Source of the DNA: a virus
Lineage: Duplodnaviria; Heunggongvirae; Uroviricota; Caudoviricetes
IMG/VR virus record: IMGVR_UViG_3300046516_000964
Direction: 5' to 3' (one strand)
DNA length: 14,514 bases
The notes below the pieces were generated by a model. That model had not been told where the DNA came from. It was given only the letters and a program-made list of their open reading frames with translations, and did no database searches. The translations under genes were made by a program, and so were the position numbers. Positions 6,295 to 13,692 of the stretch are shown piece after piece; positions within the stretch are counted from its first letter, which is position 1; each line of letters begins with the position of its first letter.

Positions 6295-6848
6295 CGCCAC
6301 ATCACCAGTAGCAGATCGTTGTGTCGGTGCTTCTCAACGCGCCAACGGTCAGCGTGATTGCGAGCGAAATCGCAGAGGTCGTACTCGTCGTAGCGCAAAC
6401 ACGACTCATCCTCGCCGCAGTACAGAGATGCGACAAGAACGCGATCGGTGATCTCCCACAGAGACATCAAAGTCCGCCAGGTTTCGTAAGTCGATCCTGG
6501 GAGGTTGAACGTACCGATGCACACAACAGCGTCGAATCGGCGCCAGGACAGCGCAGATGTGAACTCATGGTCTGGGTGCTCATCCCTGGCGCGCTGAACC
6601 ATCGACTGCGACCAGTCATAGCCGAAATACTCATGAGAGGGGATGTGCTCGCTGAATGCTCCCGTCCCACAACCGAAGTCAAGAAGAGAAGTCGAGAGGG
6701 ATCCTTTGAGCGCATCGAGAGCAGCCTCAAACCTGTCCTTCTGCCCTTGCGCGGACCACATCACCGCACCGAGGGAGGTGGGCTCGTCAGCGCGAGCGCT
6801 CCAAGCCTCCGGGGTGTTCAGGCTGCGCGCTTCTGCATTTCCAGACAC
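6291..6848 (-). CDS. Class I SAM-dependent methyltransferase (185 aa)
   Basis: Motif I LLDFGCGTG, then 'Y.GYDWS..MV..AR..HP', 'FDAVVCIGTF', and an N-terminal 'WS..GQ..RF' of the kind seen in glycan-locus methyltransferases. Start is uncertain (GTG 6848). Confidence 0.88.
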   Translation of the reverse strand: MSGNAEARSLNTPEAWSARADEPTSLGAVMWSAQGQKDRFEAALDALKGSLSTSLLDFGCGTGAFSEHIPSHEYFGYDWSQSMVQRARDEHPDHEFTSALSWRRFDAVVCIGTFNLPGSTYETWRTLMSLWEITDRVLVASLYCGEDESCLRYDEYDLCDFARNHADRWRVEKHRHNDLLLVMWR

Positions 6849-8365
6849 CTGTTGATCATCCTCCGTTTTCGCTCCGTCTGGCCTGGCTGCAAGTACAGCC
6901 TATCTGGGGCATCAGCGAACTCCCTGACCGCGTACCCGAAATCAGCTCGGACCCAGTTCACCAGTGTCCCGAAAATGAAGTCCGCCTCGACGAGAACATC
7001 GTCGTCCCACGGGTGCTGCTCGAAATACTTGGAGAAGATCTCCTGCGGCAGGTGTGCGTCGCAGAGAGACCCCGCGCCGAACAGCGCGGTGTGCTCGTAC
7101 CCCGCTCCCCTTATCCAAGCATCGTCCATGTTCGCGATCGCCACCCCCGGTTGGTAGTTGTCGAGCAGAGCCTTGTGGTTCGCGAAGATCACGTCGTCGT
7201 CCTGCCAGTACACCACCGAGTGGCGTGCCTGCGGGATCGCAGCGTAACGACCGAATATCTTGTAGTCGTAGTCGCTCTTCGAGTTGTCCCAGACGATCAC
7301 ATCCGAATAAGGGAGCGTTTCTAGACAAGGGTTGAGATCGACGTCTCCACGAGTGACGATGATCGCGGTGATCTCCTTCGCTGTGATCGGAACCCTACGG
7401 CGACGCTTGTGCTTGCAGCGGATATCCGGCAACGGAGGCATCAGTTCGCCAGTTGGAAGCTGCACGATCTCCGCTGGCTTTCTGTAGGCGCCCGGTTCAA
7501 CGAACAGAACCTCGCCGGTGGGAAACGGGACCTTGTCGGCTACGCTGTTCGAGCACCCTGCCAAGGCGCGGAGAGCTTCCGCGCGGTTCTGCTTCATCTC
7601 CGCGGCGGCGATCAGAAGCTTCGCACCCTCGTAGTAGTTCACGTGCTCACACAGGAGCATCCCGGCCTGGTAGAGGGACTGGTAGACCTCTTCGGCCCAC
7701 CCTCCGAGCGACGCACGGATCTTGTACGCAGCGATCGCCTTCTCTACTTGGTCCAGGTCTCGGTAGGACTGCGCGAGGTAGAACCAGGAGCGCGCATCAG
7801 CCGGATTCTTCCCAACCTCGTCGGCGAGCTCAACCGCGTCCTCCTCGATCTTGCCAGGGCGATGCCCCCCGCCACCGTGGTCAATCAGCCGAACCTGGTT
7901 GAGCTCTATACCGTTACTGGGCCCGTCGTCGCAGGCCAGATAACAGTGGGCTCTACCGGCGTAGAAAAAACTCCGCTTGGTAGAAGTGAGAAGTGGGAGT
8001 GGGTAGCGAAGCCCGCGATCGAAAATCGGGAGCATGTACTCGTCCTGGTCCAGCTCGGGGATCTCACCCTCAATCACGAGTTCCATGTCCGCGTCGAGCA
8101 TCAGGCAGTAGTCCGCACCCGTCTCGCGCACCTTCTTGAGCAGGATTGTGCGGTTGATGTAGTGACGCTTCCACTCCTCCTGGAACTCCGTGAGCGGGAT
8201 TCTGTCTCGTAACGTGTTACGCACGATCTCCATCGTGTTGTCGGTGCACCCGGTGTCGATGAAGAGAGCTCGATCAACACCAGGGAACTTGAGCGCGCTC
8301 TCGATGCAGCGCTCGATATGTGACTCCGCGTCCTTGACGTTGAGGGCTAGGCAGACGGAGGTCAC
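6818..8365 (-). CDS. Bifunctional glycosyltransferase: GT2 + TPR + second GT-A domain (515 aa)
   Basis: N-terminal GT2 (CL...VK...IERC, DTG.TD.T, LMLDAD at aa 91-93). TPR helices (RSWFYLAQSYRD, GGWAEEVYQSLY). C-terminal GT-A domain from about aa 332 with VIVWDNS and YWQDDD (aa 388-391). Confidence 0.9.
   Translation of the reverse strand: MTSVCLALNVKDAESHIERCIESALKFPGVDRALFIDTGCTDNTMEIVRNTLRDRIPLTEFQEEWKRHYINRTILLKKVRETGADYCLMLDADMELVIEGEIPELDQDEYMLPIFDRGLRYPLPLLTSTKRSFFYAGRAHCYLACDDGPSNGIELNQVRLIDHGGGGHRPGKIEEDAVELADEVGKNPADARSWFYLAQSYRDLDQVEKAIAAYKIRASLGGWAEEVYQSLYQAGMLLCEHVNYYEGAKLLIAAAEMKQNRAEALRALAGCSNSVADKVPFPTGEVLFVEPGAYRKPAEIVQLPTGELMPPLPDIRCKHKRRRRVPITAKEITAIIVTRGDVDLNPCLETLPYSDVIVWDNSKSDYDYKIFGRYAAIPQARHSVVYWQDDDVIFANHKALLDNYQPGVAIANMDDAWIRGAGYEHTALFGAGSLCDAHLPQEIFSKYFEQHPWDDDVLVEADFIFGTLVNWVRADFGYAVREFADAPDRLYLQPGQTERKRRMINRCLEMQKRAA
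8208..8221. promoter_or_regulatory. Dyad site 3 CGTAAC-GT-GTTACG inside the glycosyltransferase gene
   Basis: Both 6-bp arms are identical to sites 1 and 2. Encoded as CGT AAC ACG TTA CGA (RNTLR), which includes an AT-rich TTA Leu codon. Confidence 0.55.
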
Positions 8366-8553
8366 CTGTGATCTACCTTTGCCATGATCTTTCGTTCGTG
8401 TGGCAAGGGAATAGAACTCGTCGCACCAGTTCTATTCGCCGACGAGCCGATGCAGAGCTCATGAATATGCCACTCGGGGCCGAACTGTGGTCCAGCAATG
8501 CTGAGCCAGTGATCGTTGAGGGGCCCACCGCAGATCGCGCATTTATCAGTCAC
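8362..8553 (-). CDS. Cys/His microprotein, probable Zn finger (63 aa; start moved to GTG 8553)
   Basis: MTDKCAICGG...WHIHELC gives CxxC...HxxC. GTGA overlaps at both ends. Confidence 0.6.
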   Translation of the reverse strand: MTDKCAICGGPLNDHWLSIAGPQFGPEWHIHELCIGSSANRTGATSSIPLPHERKIMAKVDHR

Positions 8554-8786
8554 TGCACCAACACCATGACTTCCATTGGGTGCTCGTCCCAACTCGATGG
8601 GCCGGTGCAGCACGGCTCAAGCCCCGCGATGTCGGAACGGTAGGTGTTCCGGCAGACGGGGCAGCGGTAGGTGAGCACGCCCTTCTTCACCGGCTGCAAC
8701 ATCAGCGTCTCCAGATCCTCCGGGTCGCTGGTGTCGGGCAGATTAACCCAATCAGGGACCAGGACCCCGGTCGGTAGGCGACGCAT
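8550..8786 (-). CDS. Cys-rich microprotein, probable Zn ribbon (78 aa)
   Basis: YRCPVCRNTY...PCCTG...H gives CxxC plus CC/H. In-strand ORF filling the gap. No clear RBS. Confidence 0.6.
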   Translation of the reverse strand: MRRLPTGVLVPDWVNLPDTSDPEDLETLMLQPVKKGVLTYRCPVCRNTYRSDIAGLEPCCTGPSSWDEHPMEVMVLVQ

Positions 8787-8801
8787 CGGTTGGTGAGTCT
8801 A

Positions 8802-9146
8802 CTACGTGCTGATGACGCCGGAAGCAAGCCCGTTCACGGTGGCGCTGTTCGCATACCCGCACAGGAACGAGTTCACGGGAACCGTGTACCAGCCGTTCAC
8901 GAAATACGGGGACGACGCTGTCAGAGGGTACGAGTCGACGAAGAGCGCTGACGCGATCGCTGTCGCACCCGTGACTCCCATCTGTACGTTCACCTGACCG
9001 GTCGCTCCGGCCTGACCCGTGAACGCCATCGAACGGCACGCCGACTCGGCAGAACCGGTGTTCTGATACTGCCAGGTCGCGATGTTCGCCGCAGCGTTCC
9101 CCATCGCCTTCGTCGTAATCAGAGTTTTCACGGTGTATGTGGCCAT
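8802..9146 (-). CDS. Small beta-rich virion accessory/adaptor protein (114 aa)
   Basis: Strong RBS (GAAAGGA). 'N.G.......I....G.....A.....DSY.L.A......NG...V.....L.GYA....VN...SG' resembles the small jelly-roll proteins found next to phage fibres. Confidence 0.7.
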   Translation of the reverse strand: MATYTVKTLITTKAMGNAAANIATWQYQNTGSAESACRSMAFTGQAGATGQVNVQMGVTGATAIASALFVDSYPLTASSPYFVNGWYTVPVNSFLCGYANSATVNGLASGVIST

Positions 9147-9188
9147 GTATTCCTTTCTATCGGATTGGACTAGGAAAAAGTGAGAGCA

Positions 9189-9806
9189 TCAAAGGTTCCC
9201 ACCCCCGAAAGCGGAGACCCTGCCGACCGTTTGGGGAATCGTGAGCCCGATCTGGCTGGCCACAACGCTGTTGCCATCAGATGTGGTCAGAACCTTCACC
9301 CCGTTCTTGTAGCCAATCAACGAGGTTCCGATCGCACGCGCCCCAAACTGGTCCCCCGGGCTCAGAGAGATCCCCGTTGCTGTTGCCAGAACACTCGGGG
9401 AGCTAGCCGCAAAAGACGTGAACGCGAACTCTCCGCTGTTGGTGGAATCCCACGTGAACCGGTACCCGCGCTGCAAGCCCCCCGTGAGAGCGAGTCTGAG
9501 CCAAACCCCAATGATGATCCCTCCGGTGGGCGCAACGGAAACAGTCATCCACGCTTCCTGGTCGCGATTGAAAGTCGTGCTGATCGCCTGCGAGTTGAGG
9601 CTTGCTGCCGAACCGGCAGCCAGGTTAGTGGAAACTTTCAGCGCCGTATTGACCCCTGACTGCCCGTTCCACGTTGCCGACCATGTGGCCCCACTCGATG
9701 AGGTCGCAAGCGGGTTCTCGTCCGCGCGAGTGAAGTTGTCGATCTGGGCAGTGAACGGGAAGGCCGCAGGCACGAATCTTATTGGGGAGCGAATACCGAG
9801 CTGCAT
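9189..9806 (-). CDS. Lectin/ConA-like beta-sandwich virion protein (205 aa; start moved to ATG 9806)
   Basis: TAATG coupling at 9804-9808. 'DNFTRAD...W', 'GY...W', 'GD......IGT.L..YKNG.......D.....S..GL' pattern. The upstream 107 codons of the track ORF overlap another gene. Confidence 0.7.
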   Translation of the reverse strand: MQLGIRSPIRFVPAAFPFTAQIDNFTRADENPLATSSSGATWSATWNGQSGVNTALKVSTNLAAGSAASLNSQAISTTFNRDQEAWMTVSVAPTGGIIIGVWLRLALTGGLQRGYRFTWDSTNSGEFAFTSFAASSPSVLATATGISLSPGDQFGARAIGTSLIGYKNGVKVLTTSDGNSVVASQIGLTIPQTVGRVSAFGGGNL

Positions 9807-10507
9807 TAGAAAAACCCGGGATCGTTGATGTTGATCGTGGAGTTGCGCGGAGTGCGCGCTGCTCCTTTGAAGGTGGCGATTGCGCCGGAATACACGACCG
9901 CCGCCCCGGTAGAGAAAGTCGGTGTGGCGCTCTGCGTCCCCGTCGCGGACACGATTTGGTACTCCGCAAACGACTGCCTGGTCGCGGTGCCGAACCCGGC
10001 TGTCCCCGTCGTGAATAACGAGTAGGCGGCATCTTTCGTCCATGTTTTCCCAGTAGTGGCAATACAGACACCAGCAGTCACCAGCTCCGATGCCTGACTC
10101 GTTGTCCCGGACGGGCCAATCGCACATGCCCCACCAGCCGTAGAGGTGCCCGGAGAGTTTGCTGAGGCGTCAAACCACCCGCTCGTCAGGAGGCCGGAGA
10201 ACTCCTCGATAATGATTCCTCGCAACACCCCCGAGGTTGCACCAAAAGTGATTGTGTCGCTAGTCGCAATCCCATTCGGAGCGTAGATAGAACCGATCGC
10301 GAACAGAGTCCCAGTTCCCACTATGACGTTCGTCTGCGCGGTCGCACCAGACGCGCTTGTGCTCAACGTCGCAGTTGTAGCGGAGTTAGCACCCCAGAAA
10401 CAGATCGCGTGGTTGCCCGCAGCGACCGCCGTTGCGGGATTGATCGCGAGGCTCGCCCCGGACGGGGCTTGGTTCACGTAGTTCTCATGCACATAGACGA
10501 TCGCCAT
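9806..10507 (-). CDS. Ala/Thr/Ser-rich beta-sandwich virion protein (233 aa)
   Basis: Start abuts the fibre gene stop. 'EFSG.......D', 'T.QASELV.AG', 'EYQIVSATGTQSAT' pattern of putative fibre head/decoration domains. Confidence 0.7.
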   Translation of the reverse strand: MAIVYVHENYVNQAPSGASLAINPATAVAAGNHAICFWGANSATTATLSTSASGATAQTNVIVGTGTLFAIGSIYAPNGIATSDTITFGATSGVLRGIIIEEFSGLLTSGWFDASANSPGTSTAGGACAIGPSGTTSQASELVTAGVCIATTGKTWTKDAAYSLFTTGTAGFGTATRQSFAEYQIVSATGTQSATPTFSTGAAVVYSGAIATFKGAARTPRNSTININDPGFF

Positions 10508-13500
10508 TTAGACCCTCGTGTAGGCGATCATCACGCCGATCAGCCCGGCAGAGACCGTGAGGGTGTCCGCCGTGGCGGCAGCACGACGGTAGACACGGAA
10601 CAACGCGAGATTCGACGCAGCGCCCGTCACACCACCGGTTGTGATCGCTGAGGTCGCAGAGGTTGTCATCTCGAACGCTCCTGTCGCTGCGGACTGATAG
10701 TTCTGAGTGACCTCCTGCCCTGTGCCCCACGTCTGGTCGAGAGTGCGGCCGCTGCTGTACTGGTTCCACTGAGCACCCCATGTCACTGCTCCCGTTGAAG
10801 CCGTCGCAGCGACCCCGATCGTCCACACGAACGTCGCGGTGACGGTACCGCCGTCGTAGTCAGACGGGAGCATCAGATTCCCTTGCGCGTAACTCGTTAC
10901 GGCATCAACAAACCCAAGCGTGTAGTAGTCCTGAAGGTTCGTGGTGGTCTCGTTCAACGTCACCGCAGCAGCTCCTGATGTGTTCGAACCCCACATTCCT
11001 GCTCCGGACAGCCAGATCTGCCCCGCTGGCTTCGACCCGGTCGGGCCGGTGGCACCTGTCGCGCCGGTAGGTCCAGTCGCGCCCGTTGATCCCTTCTGAC
11101 CGTCCAGACCATCAAGACCGTCCTGACCAGACGGGCCAGTGAACCCTGTGGCGCCAGTAGCTCCGGTAGCACCAGTCTGTCCGCGCTGACCCGTCGAGCC
11201 GGGAGGGCCCTCCAAACCATCGAGGCCATCCGACCCGGCGGAACCAGTCGCTCCCGTTGCACCAGTGGCTCCCGTAGGACCAGTCGCGCCGGTTGTTCCG
11301 ACACCAGCGCCAGCGAGATCCCCGAACAAATCCCATGTATCCGTCCCCGTCTTAACAAGCGTCGCGCCGGAGTACCGAGCACGGAACAACAAAGACGGGG
11401 TCGCGTTTACAGTGACCCCCCCAGCCCCAGCAACCGTGACCTGGCCTGTGTTGATCTGCGCTAGATCAATGCGAGTCCCGATGGGGAACGCAACCACCGA
11501 GTTCGGCGGGACAGTGAGAGCGATCGGAGACGAGTTCGACAGCGTGACGAGCTCGCCAGCGTCGCCCAGAACAAGCGTGTATGTCGTGTTGGTCTGCGCG
11601 TTGATCGTTTGGGCGGCGTCATAGGACGGCCCCGTTGAGCCCTTGTTCCCGTCAAGGCCATCGAGTCCATCAGAGCCAGTTGATCCCGTCACACCTGTAG
11701 CACCAGTGACTCCCGTAGGGCCAGTAACACCAGAGACACCAGTTGACCCCGTAGCGCCGGTCGCGCCAGTCGATCCTGTCACGCCCGTAACACCCGCAGA
11801 TCCCGTCGCACCCACGTTCCCGGCGCGGCTAAAGCTGACGAGGAGTGCATCGCCGTCCCACCACGGCGCCGTCACGGTCTGCGACACGAATGTCGCTGTC
11901 AGCGCCGCGTAGGTGCCGGAACTCGTGTCGACGGCAGTGATGTTCCAGGTCGCGGATTGCGTCTGGTTCCTCGTGGTCGAGATCACGATGGTGCCCTTCA
12001 CCGTGTTCGTGGAACCGCCGATCGCAGCGAGGAGCGCCGAGTAGTCAGCGCCATCAGAGCCGGTGTTCGAGAGCCGGATCGTGGTGATGTTGTTGACCTG
12101 CGTGTCATTGCCGCGCATGAACCCGGAGCCGGGGTCACCGGCCGTCGTAAGGGCTGAGTAGGTGTACGGGAACGTGAGCGCCCCAGCCGCGCCCGTGACG
12201 CCCTTGTTACCAGCGAGTTCGAGCATCGCGAGCACCGAGTCGCTCGTGTTCAGTGTCCCGTTCGTGACGCCGTTCTGGACATCGAGGTCGACGACGCTCG
12301 CGGGCGCGATCGTCCAGGTGTCGTTGATGAAGGTGTTTAGGGATGATCCGTTGTTAGCGGAGCCGCCGTGAAGCACGGCCCGTTTCCGTGCGGTGTCGTA
12401 GACCATCACGCCGCGGTAGCGCGGGTACGGGAGGTTCAGGCTCGTGAGTTGCGTCCAGGTGGTCCCGTCCCACTTCCACATCACGTTCGTGAGCGTCCCG
12501 AAGTAAAGGTCTCCGCCAAACATGACGACGTAGCCGCGGTCGGCGTCATACGCGATCACTGCCCCGTCGACGTTCGTTGGTTTCGTCGCGGGGGACTGCA
12601 ACGTCCAGTCGGTGCCCGACCACAGGTAGGTGGAGCAGGTGTCGATCGTTCCGAACACTCCGGGGGAGACGTGGACGAGTTTGCTGTTGGTGCCGTCGTA
12701 GACGAGCGCGGGCCACGCCGCCGCTGCCGGGGTTGTCGACGGCGTCAGCTGCGTCCATGTCGAGCCGTCCCACTTCCAGGTCTGTGTGTTGTTGCCGCCC
12801 GACTGCCCCCCGAACCAGAGCGCGTACCCGTGGTTCGTGTCCCAAGCGGCGCGGCCGTAGTAGGCGGTGCGCGTCCCGACTGGTGTGAGTTGCGTCCAGT
12901 CGGAGCCATCCCACTTCCATGTCTCGTTGTCGGCAGATCCGCTCGCGATCCGACCGCCGGAGAGGATCACAACGCTGTTGACGTGGTCGTAGAACATCAC
13001 CGACCCGTACCGCGCCGACGGCGCGTGCGTCGGCGACTTCAGCGTCCAGGTAGCACCATCCCACACCCACGTCTCGGCGCTGTAGGTACCGCCAATGACG
13101 AATCCGCCGAACAGCACGGCCTGGTTGTTCGTCTCGTCGTAGGTCATCGCTGTGTCGAAGCGAGCCGACGGCGCAGTCGGCGGCTGCTCCTGCCCCCACG
13201 ACCCGGGCGGCGCGATCGACGTGACGTCCCACGACTTCATCGTCGACTGAGTCGCAAAGTTCGCAACACGAAGCGTTCCCTTAATCGTGGAAGTGCCGCC
13301 TCCGAGCGAGTTGAGGAGCGCCGACCAGTCGGTGCTGTTCGCGTCTGTCTCGTGGATCGAGACGCGCGTGATCGCAGACGGCTTGTTGAACGTCAACCCC
13401 CCCGAACTCGGGGTTAGCGTCGAGGGTGCGGTGATGGTGTAGGGGATCGTTAGCGGCCCGCCGTAGTCACCAGTGGATCCAGGACGCCCAGGCCCTCCGT

Positions 13501-13684
13501 CCAGACCATCCAAACCGTCAGACCCGGCGGACCCCGTTGGCCCGGACGGCCCGGTCTGACCGGTCGCTCCGGTGACACCCGTAGCACCAGTTGTTCCAGT
13601 GGCACCGGCGCCGGTCGGGCCAGTCTGGCCGCGAAGACCACTCTCCTTAATCGCCCCCGTATCGTCATAGACAGACCAGCCCAT
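10508..13684 (-). CDS. Collagen-like fibre protein with duplicated beta domain, six-blade Kelch-like beta-propeller, INAQT domain and C-terminal beta-sandwich (1058 aa)
   Basis: Three GXY tracts (20, 22 and 30 triplets), six TWxWDG-type blades (aa ~161-460), an INAQTxTTYTLVLxDAG module (aa ~689-791), and a C-terminal 'F.D....YAQ...LP.DY.GGT.T..F.W' domain. Confidence 0.9.
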   Translation of the reverse strand: MGWSVYDDTGAIKESGLRGQTGPTGAGATGTTGATGVTGATGQTGPSGPTGSAGSDGLDGLDGGPGRPGSTGDYGGPLTIPYTITAPSTLTPSSGGLTFNKPSAITRVSIHETDANSTDWSALLNSLGGGTSTIKGTLRVANFATQSTMKSWDVTSIAPPGSWGQEQPPTAPSARFDTAMTYDETNNQAVLFGGFVIGGTYSAETWVWDGATWTLKSPTHAPSARYGSVMFYDHVNSVVILSGGRIASGSADNETWKWDGSDWTQLTPVGTRTAYYGRAAWDTNHGYALWFGGQSGGNNTQTWKWDGSTWTQLTPSTTPAAAAWPALVYDGTNSKLVHVSPGVFGTIDTCSTYLWSGTDWTLQSPATKPTNVDGAVIAYDADRGYVVMFGGDLYFGTLTNVMWKWDGTTWTQLTSLNLPYPRYRGVMVYDTARKRAVLHGGSANNGSSLNTFINDTWTIAPASVVDLDVQNGVTNGTLNTSDSVLAMLELAGNKGVTGAAGALTFPYTYSALTTAGDPGSGFMRGNDTQVNNITTIRLSNTGSDGADYSALLAAIGGSTNTVKGTIVISTTRNQTQSATWNITAVDTSSGTYAALTATFVSQTVTAPWWDGDALLVSFSRAGNVGATGSAGVTGVTGSTGATGATGSTGVSGVTGPTGVTGATGVTGSTGSDGLDGLDGNKGSTGPSYDAAQTINAQTNTTYTLVLGDAGELVTLSNSSPIALTVPPNSVVAFPIGTRIDLAQINTGQVTVAGAGGVTVNATPSLLFRARYSGATLVKTGTDTWDLFGDLAGAGVGTTGATGPTGATGATGATGSAGSDGLDGLEGPPGSTGQRGQTGATGATGATGFTGPSGQDGLDGLDGQKGSTGATGPTGATGATGPTGSKPAGQIWLSGAGMWGSNTSGAAAVTLNETTTNLQDYYTLGFVDAVTSYAQGNLMLPSDYDGGTVTATFVWTIGVAATASTGAVTWGAQWNQYSSGRTLDQTWGTGQEVTQNYQSAATGAFEMTTSATSAITTGGVTGAASNLALFRVYRRAAATADTLTVSAGLIGVMIAYTRV
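10888..10901. promoter_or_regulatory. Dyad site 4 CGTAAC-TC-GTTACG inside the fibre gene
   Basis: 14 of 16 bases match the palindrome (GCGTAACTCGTTACGG, 10887-10902). Encoded as GCC GTA ACG AGT TAC GCG (AVTSYA). Confidence 0.55.
11030..11299 (-). repeat. Collagen GXY tract 3 (30 triplets, 18 GXT)
   Basis: aa 796-885 of the fibre, counted by hand. Confidence 0.9.
11624..11821 (-). repeat. Collagen GXY tract 2 (22 triplets, 14 GXT)
   Basis: aa 622-687 of the fibre. Confidence 0.9.
12303..13218 (-). repeat. Kelch-like beta-propeller repeats bounded by the 10-bp direct repeat GGCGCGATCG (12303-12312 and 13209-13218)
   Basis: Six ~50-aa units (PSAR..M.YD....V.FGG......TW.WDG..W). The two repeats are 906 bp apart, so they are in frame, and both encode I-A-P. 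Confidence 0.8.
13454..13639 (-). repeat. Collagen GXY tract 1 (20 triplets with one GA interruption, 10 GXT)
   Basis: aa 16-77 of the fibre. Confidence 0.9.
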
Positions 13685-13692
13685 ATTCGCCC

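Noticed and set aside
5641-8365. Cassette as a DNA hypermodification (anti-restriction) system
   Set aside because: No hydroxymethylase, nucleotide kinase or DNA-methylase catalytic motif, a TPR domain is present, and the location is among structural genes. Judged less likely but not formally excluded.
9189-9806. Lectin-like gene as the target of a diversity-generating retroelement
   Set aside because: No reverse transcriptase and no template/variable repeat pair differing at adenines were seen in the window.
9807-10127. N-terminal 107 codons of track ORF 9189..10127
   Set aside because: They overlap the 233-aa gene in another frame. TAATG coupling places the real start at 9806.
782-10902. 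Dyad repeats as a CRISPR array or as REP/MITE ends
   Set aside because: Spacing is 2.2-5.3 kb, two copies are inside intact genes, and there are no spacers, cas genes, transposase or target-site duplications.
12303-13218. Propeller insert as an intein or intron
   Set aside because: No C/S start or HN-C/S/T end motifs. The insert is an open, repeat-structured Kelch-like domain.
12368-13417. Long plus-strand ORFs opposite the fibre gene (also 3197..4057, 6321..7157, 7409..8212, 13703..14050)
   Set aside because: Arg/Pro-rich antisense shadows expected in GC-rich coding DNA.
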